Notes under the pieces: generated by a model
Told to the model about the DNA's origin: nothing
The model's input: the letters and a program-made list of their open reading frames with translations, nothing else
The model's database searches: none
Part shown: piece after piece, positions 25,950 to 39,510 of the stretch
Numbering within the stretch: the stretch's first letter is position 1
How the letters are laid out: every line of letters begins with the position of its first letter
Made by a program: the position numbers and the translations under genes
Assembly (NCBI RefSeq): GCF_006345805.1
Contig: NW_021834859.1
Location: forward strand, 1 to 44,995
Reading direction: 5' to 3'
Length of the DNA stretch: 44,995 bases
From: Octopus sinensis
Lineage: Eukaryota

Positions 25950-26320
25950 TGTATCTTTTGTTTTTAATCATTTATATTCTTCCTCTGAGCAAGGAGCTGG
26001 TTTCTAATAAAGATACAAAGCTACATCTTTGGAATGTAGATAATGAAAACAATGTCACATTCTAAACCTGAGAAATGTCTCGCAGAGTTTTACTATTCCG
26101 TTTACAGATTGAATATGTAATGTGCGAATCAGTTGGTTGATTTCTGTTTTTTGAAAATCCAAGCTTATCCACACTGGCACTTAGGCATTTACTTACAAGA
26201 CCAAGTGCTCCAATTATTATTGGGAGAAATGTAAAATTATAAACCGAATATAGAAGCTGGAGGCTTCGAAGCAGTTGTCCATAGTTATCTACTTTCTCTT
26301 TCATTTTCAAAGAGATATAT
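25950..26320 (-). pseudogene. 3' fragment of a second RLE-type non-LTR retrotransposon with an (ATAC)n tail
   Basis: ISLKMKEKVDNYGQLLRSLQLLYSVYNFTFLPIIIGALGLVSKCLSASVDKLGFSK / EINQLIRTLHIQSVNGIVKLCETFLRFRM* (one frameshift); K-EK--Y--L and PIIIGALG motifs. Confidence 0.7.
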
Positions 26321-26764
26321 TTCTTTACTACCCACAAGTGGCTAAATACAGAGGGGACAAACAAGGACAGACAAACGGATTAAGTCGATTATATCGACCC
26401 CAGTGCATAACTGGTACTTAATTTATCGACCCCCGAAAGGATGAAAGGCAAAGTCGACCTTTGTTGTATGTATGGGTGTGTATGTATGTATGTATGTATG
26501 CATATCTGTATGTGTGTGTGTGTATGTGTGTATGTATGTATGAATGTGTGTATGTGCGTACGTATGTATGTATGTGTGTGTATGTACTATGGATGGATGG
26601 ATGTGCGTATGTATGGGTGTGTATGTATGTATGCATATCTGTATGTGTGTGTGTGTATTCATGACTCTAGGCCTGAGATTGTCGGTCATTGCACTTATTA
26701 AAATTTAAGCACAACGACCAAAACTCGGCTCTTCATTCAAATGTGTGCGTGCGTGTGTGTGTGT

Positions 26765-26997
26765 AAGAGAGAGAGATAGAATGTGTGTGTGTGTGTGTGT
26801 TAGAGAATGTGTGTATGTGTGTGTTACAGAATGTGTATGTGTGTCAGGGAATGTGTGTGTGTATGTGCAAGAGAAAGAGAATGTGTATGTTAGAGAATGT
26901 GTGTGTGTTAGAGAATTATGTGTGTGTTAGAGAATGTGTGTGTGTGTTAGAGAATGTGTGTATGTGTGTGTTACAGAATGTGTATGTGTGTCAGGGA

Positions 26998-27029
<32 letters not shown>

Positions 27030-27850
27030 AAGAGAGAGAGAATGTGTATGTTAGAGAATGTGTGTTTGTGTTAGAGAATGTATGTGTGTTAGAGAATGTG
27101 TGTGTGTTAGAGAATGTGTGTGTGTTAGAGAATGTGTGTGTGTTAGAGAATGTGTGTGTGTTAGAGAATGTGTGTGTGTGTTAGAGAATGTATGTGTGTG
27201 TTAGAGAATGTGTGTTTGTGTTAGAGAATGTATGTGTTAGAGAATGTGTGTGTGTTAGAGAATGTGTGTGTGTTAGAGAATGTGTGTGTGTTAGAGAATG
27301 TGTGTTTGTGTTAGAGAATGTATGTGTGTGTTAGAGAATGTGTGTTTGTGTTAGAGAATGTATGTGTCAGAGAATGTGTGTGTGTTAGAGAATGTGTGTG
27401 TGTTAGAGAATGTGTGTGTGTTAGAGAATGTGTGTGTGTGTTAGATAATGTGTGTGTGTTAGTGAATGTGTGTGTGTTAGAGAATGTGTGTGTGTGTTAG
27501 AGAATGTGTGTGTGTTAGAGAATGTGTGTGTGTTAGAGAATGTATGTGTGTGTTAGAGAATGTGTGTGCGTTAGAGAATGTGTGTGTGTGTGTTAGAGAA
27601 TGTGTGTGTTAGATAATGTGTGTGTGTTAGTGAATGTGTGTGTGTGTTAGAGAATGTGTATGTGTGTTAGAGAATATGTGTGTGTTAGTGAATGTGTGTG
27701 TGTTAGTGAATGTGTGTGTGTTAGTGAATGTGTGTGTGTTAGAGAATGTGTGTGTGTTAGTGAATATGTGTGTGTTAGTGAATGTGTGTGTATGTTAAGA
27801 GAGAGAGAGAATGTTTGTATGTGTGTGTTAGAGAATGTGCGTGTGTGTGC
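26765..27850. repeat. About 1.1-kb minisatellite, unit TTAGAGAA(TG)4-6 (about 18 bp)
   Basis: Directly visible, with TTAGTGAA and TTAGATAA variants. Confidence 0.95.
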
Positions 27851-28467
27851 GCACGCGCTTGTACGTGCGTGCGCACATGTGGTTTCGTGTATAAAAGATA
27901 TAAATATCGTTGAGAGTTCCGAAAGCGGTAACGATTTCAAAATACGTCATGAGGATGCTTGTTCTGCAACGATTTCTCAGGCGCTCCTTTATAGCTTTTC
28001 CTTTAAAAATGCAACAAACCAACAGACCAATGAATGAGACGCTGGTAGTCTTCCACCAAAGAGGTTATTGTTCACCAGGTGCAAAGTATTATTTACAGTA
28101 ACGAGTATGTTTATAAAACGCTTCCAGTTCTAAACACACACACGCATACACGCATACACACATACATACATACATACATACATACATACATACATACATA
28201 CATACATACAGTTGAAACACTCCTGTCACAACCTGGGACCTTGAAGACTGCTTTAATGCAAGAAAGTATATTAGTCCCTTAATATTTGATATCCAATATT
28301 TCATTTATCAATACTTCATTTAATTTTACTATATATACTATTTATACTAATATATTCTATATTCTACATTAATATCATAAAGAATATAAATAAAACATAA
28401 AAACAGAGTTGGAATTCCTTTGAATAATATAATATATATATACCTCTATATACAACCATATAAACCC

Positions 28468-28528
<61 letters not shown>

Positions 28529-29106
28529 TATACGTTTAATGTTTTTTTTACACCATCGAAGATTGTGGTGTACCATAAAGTGTCAAAATCCTGATGTTAT
28601 CGGATCGGCAGCTGATGAGAAAATTTTCTCGGTTATATAAGAATGCGTTTTCAGTCTCGTTAATGTCTTTGTACATTGTTACTGTCCTGTTTGATTTGTT
28701 TCACATTCTAAAGATAATGCTATTTCTTCTTTATTGGATGATAGATATCGCATGAATTAGAGGTCGTTGGAAGGATTGCATACTAGGGTTTTAAGCAGTT
28801 TTAGTTTATCGTAAAAATAGCGTACGTGTGTGTATTCACATGGACACAGACACAGACACACTCACATAGTTATACACTCAGAAGATGTGAAGCAAATATC
28901 TATATATGTGTGTGTGTTTATGTATAATTATAAATAAAACTGTCGAACATTGAATTGAAGATCGTGCGATATTTTTCAGTAGAGGAGCATATTTCTAGAT
29001 TTTTATAGGGAAAAGTTTAGAGGTTACTTTGTCATTTCAGCTGTAATCTTCATATCTCTCTCTCTCCCTCCCTCCCTCACTCTCTCTCTCTCTCTTTCTC
29101 TCTCTC

Positions 29107-29183
<77 letters not shown>

Positions 29184-29803
29184 ATATGAGGCTTAGAATA
29201 TTCAAGAAAAATCGTTAAAATATCAGCGTTAAACAAGTTTATATTTGTGACAACGTTCAAAATTTCTGGTATAGAGTCTAATATAAGTTAAGACTTTTTA
29301 TGTGTAATAGGTATGACATCTAAAACTTATATTTCGATATAACGAAGTGGACTTGCGACTCAATTTTTTTACATGAACACTCGTTTATATTCAAAATACC
29401 ACTTTGGAAACACTAATTTCTAATTTTGGTACAAGGCCAGCAATTTTGAGGGAAGGAGTTATCCAATACCAGTGACACCAGTATTTGGTTAGTGCTTTAT
29501 TTTATCGACCCAAGTGAGCTGAAAGCCAAGCTGACCTCGATGACTTGACTTCAGTAGAAAAAATAAGCTTTACGTATTTGCTTCCGCGTTTCAAATTCTA
29601 AAACCCTGTACAACTGTATGTTAATCTCACGGAATTAAACCTGGATTTTGCTTATAATTATATTCTTATTCTCTTGAAATGTGACTGATAACGTGGCACT
29701 CCGTCGGTTACGACGACGAGGGTTCCAGTTGATCCGATCAATGGAACAGGCTGCTCGTGAAATTAACGTGCAAGTGGCTGAGTATTCTACAGACACGTGT
29801 ATG

Positions 29804-29860
<57 letters not shown>

Positions 29861-30077
29861 TTGTGTGTCTGTGTTTGTCCCCCAACATCGCTTGACAACC
29901 GATACTGGTGTGTTTACGTCCCCGTAACTCAGCGGTTCGGCAAAACAGACCGATAGAATAAGTACTAGGCTTACAAAGAATAAGTCCTGGGGTCGATTTG
30001 CTCGATTTGCCGCAGTCAAATGACTGAAACAAGTGAAAGAGTAAAAAGAGTAAAAGAAAGAGATCGATCGATAGATC

Positions 30078-30168
<91 letters not shown>

Positions 30169-30452
30169 TGGTGTGCTTGTGTGCGTGTCATTGTGTCTAT
30201 GTTTGATCTTCACCACCCCTTGACAATTGATATTGGCATCCTTACGTACCCATAAACTAGCGGTTAAGCAAAAAAATCGATAGAATAAGTGCCAGGTTTT
30301 AAAATGGTGAATAGGTACCAGGGTTCAATTTGTTCGACAAAAACATCCTTCAAGGTGGTGCCCCAGCGTGACTGCAGTCTAATGATTGAAACATGTAAAA
30401 GAATAAAAGGATATGTAAACAAAAATGATTAAGTGTGTGTATTCTATGCATT

Positions 30453-30720
30453 GTGGAGGCGCGTGGCTTAGTGGTTAGGGTGTCAGCATCATGATCGTAA
30501 GATTGTGGTTTCGATTCTTGGACCGGGCGTCACGTTGTATTCTTGAGCAAAACACTTCATTTCACGTTGCTCCAGTCTACTCAGCTGGCAAAAATGAGTA
30601 ACGCTGCGATGGACTGGCATCCCATCCAGTTGGGGAACGCATACGCCATTGAAACCGGGAAATCAGACCCATGAGCCTGGCTAGGCTTTAAAAGGGCGCA
30701 TTTATTATCATTTTTTTTAA
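30453..30720 (+). mobile_element. B-related SINE with an 11-bp target-site duplication
   Basis: tRNA-like head GGAGGCGCGTGGCTTAGTGGTTAGG; ATTCTATGCAT at 30441-30451 and 30721-30731. Confidence 0.85.
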
Positions 30721-30922
30721 ATTCTATGCATCATATTTCTTGTTCTTCAATTTAAGATTGAAATGCTTATCTCCCTTACAATAGCTGGTCACAAGGTTGC
30801 ACCATTATCAAAAACATATGAGAAGAATTTTTCCTCTAACTTTTCCCTCTTGAAAACATAACAAATAGAATATACAGTATATTATGCAGTTCCTGGTGGA
30901 AGTGAAACTGCAAAAAATGTTT

Positions 30923-31140
30923 TTAACTCCTCGCCATTCAAATTATTCTGTCAAATGTATTGCTTATTTATTCATATTATTTTTCATTAATCGTACTTTT
31001 TTCTCATTGCTTTGAGTTTTCAATGGTATGACTGTGTTTTTAGGGTGATAATGTAAAGGGCTAAATCTGGCTGGTTTGAATATAAAATAGGTAGAATATT
31101 TTGGGCCGGATATGGCCGGTTTAAATGCTACTGAAATTAA
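30923..31140. mobile_element. Decayed TTAA-flanked (piggyBac-like) MITE
   Basis: Bounded by TTAA at both ends; the interior resembles a repeat recalled from octopus; the TIRs are poorly preserved. Confidence 0.35.
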
Positions 31141-31573
31141 ATGCTGAACTGAAACTAAAGCCAGTGTTGTTGAAATGCAACGAGGGTATTGGATTCCTTT
31201 GAACTTTTACATAAGAAATTGTAAATATACTCTGTTAAATACCGTTTCGACTTAAATAATTTATGACAAAAAAAAGACACATGTAAAGCATTTATTTCCA
31301 CGCAAACTTTTCAGAAAGGAATCTGTGCTAAAAAGTAAAGTGAATAAAATATGGATGCATAAATGAGAAAAATACATAAGACTAAATACACGAAAGAGTA
31401 GCAGATTTTGAGTGAAAGTCAGAGACCCCGATACAAAATAGAAACGGGGCAATCAAGAGGAAATAGTTGATATGGTGTGGATAAAGTGAGAGAAAGAGTA
31501 GCTGAGATAGAAATAGCTATCAGTAGCTTTATAGAATTTTAGTCTTCGACTTAGTTCCTCTCATACAGCTTAC

Positions 31574-31652
31574 CTGTATATTGGGCCGCGCTTATGATAT
31601 ACTGAGATGAAAATGTGGATGTTATCGTTAGATTCAAACATATCCATTAAAG
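31574..31652 (-). other. Candidate 79-nt minus-strand exon (single open frame LMDMFESNDNIHIFISVYHKRGPIY)
   Basis: Acceptor CACCTCTTTCAG| and donor CAG|GTAAGC; not linked to any recognised gene. Confidence 0.3.
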
Positions 31653-31719
31653 CTGAAAGAGGTGTCGGATATAATGGGAATGGATTTCAATGTAAAGTGA
31701 AAAGTGTTAGTATTACCTA

Positions 31720-31950
31720 TTTCTTTACTACCCACAAAGGGCTAAACACAGAGGGGACAAACAAGGACAGACAAGCGGATTAGGTCCATTATATCGATCC
31801 CAGTGCGTGACTGGTACTTATTTAATCGACCCCGAAAGGATGAAAGGCAAAGTCGACCTCGGTGGAATTTGAACTCAGAACGTAACGGCAGACGAAATAT
31901 GGCTACGCATTTCGCCCGGCGTGCTAACGTTTCTGCCAGCTCGCCACCTT
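31720..31950 (-). mobile_element. SINE family C
   Basis: Reverse complement of the family C head and body. Confidence 0.8.
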
Positions 31951-32554
31951 ACCGATGTAGTCATCAGTATAGTCACTGCGCAGTTCTGAAATAGGGATGG
32001 GGGGTTGGGAAATAGCTTAGTTTAGTGTCTATAGCCAAAGCGGAGTGGTTACAGACAGTAATATTATTCTCCATTTCACTTCTGCACCGTAAATCAGCAA
32101 TCCTCGTTTTCAATCACAGTATCGTAGGATATCCGACTTCCGTTTGAAATTCGAAGAGGCGTAACACTTCCTTTACGGTCGTTTATGTCTTCGATTGGTT
32201 GTAATTGCTGTATATCGCCGATCCCAAGCTATAGGTGAAACGGAATACCGGAACACAGTTTAGATACCCAATTCTGGAAATATATGTATAGTGCTCGCAA
32301 CCGAACCCAGGACAACTTGTGGTCCACTATTTCAATTTTTTGGCCATTCTGTTGACCATATCTCTGTGTCTGGATATTTCCAAACATTATACTCCACCAC
32401 GCTCCTGCAAATATAAAAAAAATAACCGACTTAACCTCACGCTCGTACCATTTCTCTCACAGGCCTCAACACAGATCTCTTGTTTTATTTTAGTTCTCCC
32501 TCACAAACTTTCTCTTAACAAGTGCTTCTATCGTTCGGTTATTCCTCCTGCGGA

Positions 32555-32800
32555 ATCGCGTGGCTTAATGGTTTAGATGTTGGACTCATGATCGTAAGAT
32601 TGTGGTTTCGATTCTTGAACCGGCTGCCGCGTTGTGTTCTTGAGAAAAACGCTTCATTTCACGTTGATCCAGTCCACTCAGCTGGCAAAAATGAGCAATC
32701 TTTCGACGGACCGGCGTCCTGTCCAGGTGGGAAATATATACGTCATAGAAACCAGGAAACCGCCCCTTGTGAATCGGTACGACTCGAGAAGGAAAGTCTA
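32555..32800 (+). mobile_element. B-related SINE
   Basis: Head GGAATCGCGTGGCTTAATGG...GGTTTCGATTCT plus CORE-like body. Confidence 0.75.
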
Positions 32801-33100
32801 CCTTTACTGTTGTTCCTCTTGCCTTGCTGTATTGTCCCAACCAAAACTCTGTGTGCGTGTATGTGTGAAATTCTTTTTTTGGATCACTGGATCTCGAAGC
32901 ATATTACATAAAGCTGCCTGGAAAGCCTTCGGCTTTATCAGTCCGAAAGGGTTCTCGAACCCACTATTTACATGCTGTTATTTATAGCTTTATCTGTGCT
33001 TCGAGGTCCTATGCTGCAAAAAAGAATTATTTCACGTTCTCGCGAGAGTTCATAAAATTCTTGTGACGTCAACTATATCTATATCTATTCTTCTCTCTCC

Positions 33101-33163
<63 letters not shown>

Positions 33164-33231
33164 CATATACATATATGTGTGTGTATGTGTGTATGTGTGT
33201 ATATTTTCGGATATATAATACATTGACGATA

Positions 33232-33275
<44 letters not shown>

Positions 33276-33297
33276 ACTATATTATATATATATATAT

Positions 33298-33331
<34 letters not shown>

Positions 33332-34401
33332 ATATATGTATGTATGCATGTATGTATGTATGTATATATGTATGTATATATGTATATCAGCGTTTTCTGG
33401 TGAGTGTAACGGATAGCATAACTTCTTGGATCTATAAAAATTCGTGTTATTCCATACACCTACGATATTCCGGCTCCTTATTACGTAAGTGACATTGTTT
33501 TGGCATAACCCATGGTTTCACCTGAAACAGCTGTCAAGATAAGACTATTACATAATTCCTTTTGTTTATTTGTATCTCATGTAAATATGCTTATCAAGCC
33601 TACTTGTATTTGTCTTCCTTTTTACGCATATGTATATATATTATGTTATATTTCTTTATTTTTCATGCTTGGGTTAATGTATTTGTGTATCGGAAACATT
33701 CTTATTCTCTGTCCGTTTCAATCACCATCTCACCATCTACATTTCACTCTATCATTCTAACCAATGCACCACTATCAACACTTCATCCTTCCTCCTCACC
33801 GTCACCCTCCAACGTATATATTCCCTAAGATACTGTTTAGTTTATCATTATCCTTCCATATCATAAAACTTTGCACTCGATCACTGTGTATATCTACAGT
33901 ATTTTTTTTTTTCGAACGCATACTTTTTTGATTTGTCAGCAGTTAACATATTCTCTTCTAAAAAAATCTAATAAACAATTTACATCTTTAAGTTAATGAG
34001 CAAATATAGGGAAAAGAATCAACTTCTGTATAAGCTGTGTGATTTTAACTAGAAGTTCAGTCAAAACAGAATCAACTTAACTGACAATCAGAACTTTCCC
34101 TATATCGTTTTACAAGTATTGTGTATCTTGTGTATTTTGAGAACGAGCATTAGTGCAATTTTTTATAATTCTTTGTTTGTCTTTAGTGCGAAAATATCCC
34201 ATTAACATCATGACAAGCATATTAGAAAATAGCTGATAATTTCCAGAAAATAAAAGCTTTAAAAGAAATATAGAAATTGAATTAATGTGGGAGGTCAATC
34301 CAGAGACAGTTACAATATGGTACCATCGTATTGATCGTACGAAATTAATGTGAAACGACATAAATGCAATAATCAGCAATAAGTAACTGCTGTGAAAGCT
34401 C

Positions 34402-34593
34402 CTACATGGTTCTGATTGGAAAGATGTGATCGGTGGGATCAGGAGAATCAGGAGAAGCATAGATAAGCTCGGACACACATCTAAGTTTAATCAACCTACG
34501 TTGAGTCGGGTGGATGGGGAATTGTATGCTGTAAGATCCGAAACTACCAGTGATCCCTGGAAACAACAGTGACGATGGGTCAAAGTAGTGCAT
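34402..34593 (-). other. Candidate minus-strand coding exon (MHYFDPSSLLFPG...LIKLRCVSELIY...IRTM*)
   Basis: Acceptor-like AAACTTTCAG|ATG, 63 open codons in unique, less AT-rich sequence; the codon-aligned antisense frame is also open. Confidence 0.3.
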
Positions 34594-34885
34594 CTGAAAG
34601 TTTATGTTGAACTAGCAATACATTTTATACCAATGAAACCTTTGTGGCTGCAAAATTTTTTATCGTTCACTTGTTCCAGTCATTGAATAACCGCCATGTT
34701 GGGACACAACCTTAAAGGGTTACTCGAACGGATCGATCCCAGTACTTATTTTTTAAAGTTTGGATTTTATTCAGTTGATCTCTTGTTGAATCGATAAGTT
34801 ACGGAGACGTAAACAAATGAATACCGGTTGTTACACAGTGATGGGGAGAAAACACAAATTCACACATACACACACACACACACTT

Positions 34886-34957
<72 letters not shown>

Positions 34958-35251
34958 TAAAAACAGAACACAAAGGGTATCGCGGCACACGTGTTTCAAG
35001 CTTTATAAACAATCTGTTATTACATCAGTGTATTATTGATATAAAAGATGGTTTAAAGCTCTCTTCAGCCGCAAACATTGTTAGTCCAAAGATTACATCA
35101 CAATATAAAAAGTATTACTCATTATAATAGGTTTATCATATCTCCTTAAAAAAGTATATTTGTATAATTGTATAAATGTATAAATGTATAAAGATTCATT
35201 GGATTTCAAAAATCTGCCCATACTCTACCACCATTCAGCATAGAGTGAATG

Positions 35252-35298
<47 letters not shown>

Positions 35299-35648
35299 AC
35301 GAGCTTCCCCACAGTTTCCGTCTACCAGATTCCATCGCAAGACATTGGTTAGCCTGGGGCTATGTTAGAAGGCATGTACCCGAGATGCTGCACAGTGAGA
35401 CTAAAGCCGAAACCACATAGTTACAAAACCAGTTTCTTAGCTATACAGTTATGCCTAATTATAAGGAGTGGCCTTTATCGAATATCCTAACTTCTACTTC
35501 AAAATGAGCACACACTTATGTGGCCTTTGGTCGAGGGCTTTCTCGGACATCATCTATCTCAACCTCACCCTGCAATCACTTTGTCATCATTTCCCACGTA
35601 ACAGTTACAACCAGTCTCATATACCCAATTCAAACCATTGATGTATGT

Positions 35649-35707
<59 letters not shown>

Positions 35708-36358
35708 TGTGTATTTGTCCCTACCGCCCCTTGACAACTGGTATCGGTTTTTTTACGTACTCGTATATAGCGATTCTTCAAAAGAGCCTGATAAAATAAG
35801 TATATTTTAAAAAATACTAATTTCCTTCCAGGCCGTGCCCCAGCATGGCTGCTGTCCAATGACTGAAACCAGTAAACGATAAAAGATACCTACATCAACG
35901 AAATTTTTTTCTGCATGTTCTTTCTTTTCTCCTCATTGGAATTCCACTCTCTTCCATTTCTTCTACCTTTTGGAACTCCATAAGCTGCTATATTTTTTTT
36001 TCATCCTGATGCCTATACTCCTGTTATACAAGTAAAATATCTTTTTCTGTAGTTTTTCCACTATAAAACCATGCTTTGTAAATATATATGTATGTACATA
36101 TCCACAAGAGTAAAAAAGAGAGACAGAGACAGGCAGAAACAAGGAAAATACCCCTTGTATTTGAATACTATGCAAATAATCTTTTTAAAAACTTTTCATT
36201 TAAATTTTCCAAAACTTAATTTTTCGAAAATTTAATTGTTTTCCGTGCTTACAGTTGAAAAAGTCTTAATGACCGAAACCGGTACTAAAATGTTTTTTAT
36301 AAAATTATTTTAGCATTTTCTACCTTGACTTTTATCCATATATGTGTGTGTGTGTGTG

Positions 36359-36389
<31 letters not shown>

Positions 36390-36414
36390 GTGTGTGTGTG
36401 TGTGTGTGTGTGTT

Positions 36415-36451
<37 letters not shown>

Positions 36452-37232
36452 AGAGAAAGCGAGAAGGAGAAAAAGAGGGAGAGAGGAGGGATACATCGAA
36501 CCCAATGCTCAACTTGGTACTTATTTTATCGACTCCCGAAAGGTTGTACGTTAAAGTCAACCTCGGCTGCATTTGAACTCCGAACATAAAGCGAGAAGTT
36601 CTGCCACGCATTTTGTCCGGTGCCAACGATTCTGCCAGCTCGCCACCTTTTCCTGTCTCTAATAATCCTTTCTACTATAGGCACAAGGCCTGAAATTGTG
36701 AGGGTAGGGGCTAGTCGATTACATCAACCCCAGTGTTTCACTGGTACTTAATTTATCGACCCCGAAAGTATGAAAGGCAAAGTCGACCCCGGCAGAATTT
36801 GAACTCAGATCGTAGCGTTTCCTTTCTCTCTAATGATAATTAATTATATACTTCACAGTGAATTGGATGTTCATTAGGAAAATGAAAACCACAGATGGAA
36901 AACTTAGATCGCCGTTTTAAAAGTATTTCAATTTTGAATAGGAAAATGCATTAATTATATTTTCCACAGATTGCGAAATTAATTGCTGTTCTTTAGAATG
37001 TTGTAGGAAAATATTTTTTTAATTACTGTGGTGAAGGTGTGCAGAAGGAATCGCTAACTCGAAAATGCTTAGAAGCTACTCTTGCAGAATAACCGAAACG
37101 TCATGCTGCCAAACGACAATTTTTTCAGAATGCCACCTGCTACATCCATTCTTCTATTTGTTTCTGTTATTTGACTGTGGCCATCGCCTTAAATCAAATT
37201 TATTCTTTTGTTTTCTTAAATAATTTCTAATA

Positions 37233-37612
37233 TCTTTAAATATAAAAGTGAAGTTGTGTGTCTGTCTCCTACGATTCCTAACTACTCCCACATTTTGCGG
37301 TGCAGTGTAACCAAAACCGGGTATCTTATAGTCGTGATTCATATCGAGCCCTTCTGGGTATTAGCGCGCGTCTACGATTTTAAAAAAATTTACCATCATT
37401 TTTTCCCATTTTTAATACATCTTTTTGCTATTATATAAGGGAAGTAACTCTCTAAAAATGTATTATTAAATCTCAGAACGTAAAAAGCTACAGTAACACC
37501 CCCCCCCTTTGTGGTTAGCCATATCGAGATGGCTATTATACTTTACATCTCTAAAAATGCTTATATAGTTATTTCCCTTACAAACCCGGGCAACGCCGGG
37601 CGATACTGCTAG
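37233..37612 (+). mobile_element. Non-autonomous Helitron-like element, same family as 6905-7301
   Basis: A|TC...CTAG|T ends and a shared interior. Confidence 0.75.
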
Positions 37613-37819
37613 TTTAGATTAAAATGTTTCTACTATAAGCTGAAGGCCTGAAATTTTGAGGGGAAGAGAGGTAATCGATCACACCGATCCAATTGTTCAG
37701 CTGGTGTTGGTTTTATCATCTCCGAGAAGATGAAAAGCAAAGTCAACCCCAGCTGAATTTGAACTGAGAATGCAAAGAACCGGAAGAAATCCCGCTAAGC
37801 ATTTCGTCCGGCTCGGTAA

Positions 37820-38420
37820 CGATTCTTTTCTACTCTAGGCACAAAGCCCGAAATTTTGGGGGAGGGGGCCAGTCGATTAGATCGACCCCAGTACACAACT
37901 GGTACTTAATTTGAAAGGCAGAGTCGACCTCGGCGGAATTTGAACTCAGAACGTAAAAACAGACGAAATCCCGCTAAGCGTTTCGCCCGGCGCGCTAACG
38001 TTTCTTATTCCTTTATTGCTCACAAGGGGCTAAACATAGAGGGGACAAACAAGGACAGACAAGGGGATTAACTCGATTACATCGACCCCAGTGCGTAGCT
38101 GGTACTTAATTTATCGACCCCGAAAGGATAAAAGGCAAAGTCGACCTCGGCGGAATTTGAACTCAGAAAGTAACGGCAGACGAAATACCTATTTCTTTAC
38201 TACCCACAAGGAGCTAAACACAGTGGAGACAAACAAGGACAGATAGACGGATTAAGTCGATTATATAGACCCCAGTGCGTAACTGGTACTTAATTTATCG
38301 ACCCCGAAAGGACGAAAGGCAAAGTCGACCTCGGCGGAATTTTAACTTAGAACGTAACGGCAGACGAAATCCCGCTACGCATTTCGCCCGGCGCGCTAAC
38401 GTTTCTGCCAGATCGCCGCA
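37820..38420 (-). mobile_element. SINE family C tandem multimer
   Basis: Repeated bodies of about 184 bp with a GAAATAGGTATTTCG junction. Confidence 0.85.
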
Positions 38421-38909
38421 TATATTTGCATTAAATTACGATCAGACTTTCTGATAACTGAAGCTATTTTTCATATCGGTGTTATTGAAATCCAGAATGC
38501 TAGTCATATCTGTAAAATGTTCCAAATAGCACTTGATGCCTCTAACGTAATTTGCTACTCCTTAACACGTCAAAACCATATGAGGGAAGGGAGTTGAGTA
38601 ATCGTAACATCAAGTTAAAAGCATTAACCGGAATTCATTAGAAAGTTGATCGGGTCGGTTACCTCTTAGGAAAATATTTATTTCACTATAAAATCATTCA
38701 CTTCCTCATGAGGTCGTAATAGCTAAGAACGTGAACGACCCGATCAATTTCTGAATGTCTGCCACCTGATTAACCTTTAAACAGGATTTTATACTGATGT
38801 TAACAATTTAGTCGATGTTCTTGCCTTGTGGTTACTTTGGCCTTCAAAGCTAGACATGACCACATACCAGTTTCAAAGCAATTTTTTTTTTTTTTTTCGT
38901 CTATATATA

Positions 38910-39510
38910 GCAGCGAGCATGCAGAATCCTTTGCACGCTGGACAGAAATGCTTAGCGGTATTTCTTCTGCCGTTACGTCCTGAGTTCAAATTCCGCCGAG
39001 GTTGACTTTGCCTTTCATCCTTTCGGGGTCGATAAATTAAGTACCAGTTACGCACTGGGGTCGATATAATCGACTTAATCCGTCTGCCTGTCCTTGTTTG
39101 TCTCCTCTGTGTTTAGCCCCTTGTGGGTAGTAAAGAAATAGGTATTTCGTCTGCCGTTACATTCTGAGTTCAAATTCCGCCGAGATCGACTTTGCCTTCC
39201 ATCCTTTCGGGGTCGATAAATTAAGTACCATTTACGCACTGGGGTCGATATAATCGACTTAATCCGTTCATGTGTCCTTGTTTGTCCCCTCTGTGTGTAG
39301 CCCATTGTGGGTAGTAAAGGAATAGGTATTTCGTCTGTCGTTATGTTCTGAGTTCAAATTCCGCCGAGGTCGACTTTGCCTTTCATCCTTTCGTGGTCGA
39401 TTAAATAAGTACCAGTTACACACTGGGGTCGATATAATCGACTTAATCCGTTTGTCTGTTCTTGTTTGTCCCTTCTGTGTGCAGCCCCTTGTGGGCAGTA
39501 AAGAAATAAG
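38910..39510 (+). mobile_element. SINE family C tandem trimer
   Basis: Bodies start at about 38957, 39141 and 39325. Confidence 0.85.

Noticed and set aside
26765-27850. Regularly spaced repeat resembling a CRISPR array, or a LENVCV repeat protein
   Set aside because: The spacers are just (TG)n, the context is eukaryotic, there are no cas genes, and variable TG counts break the frame.
28612-28632. CTGATGAGAAAATTTTCTC hammerhead-like start
   Set aside because: No GAAA follows the hairpin.
32920-32962. Clustered small hairpins with CTGATAA on the minus strand
   Set aside because: Both hammerhead core boxes are mismatched and short stems are expected by chance.
34390-34572. + strand frame ...GGIRRIRRSIDKLGHTSK...KQQ* with a furin-like site, as a partner for the signal-peptide exon
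   Set aside because: It has no polypyrimidine acceptor or ATG, an in-frame stop lies just upstream, and it is the codon-aligned antisense of the minus-strand frame.
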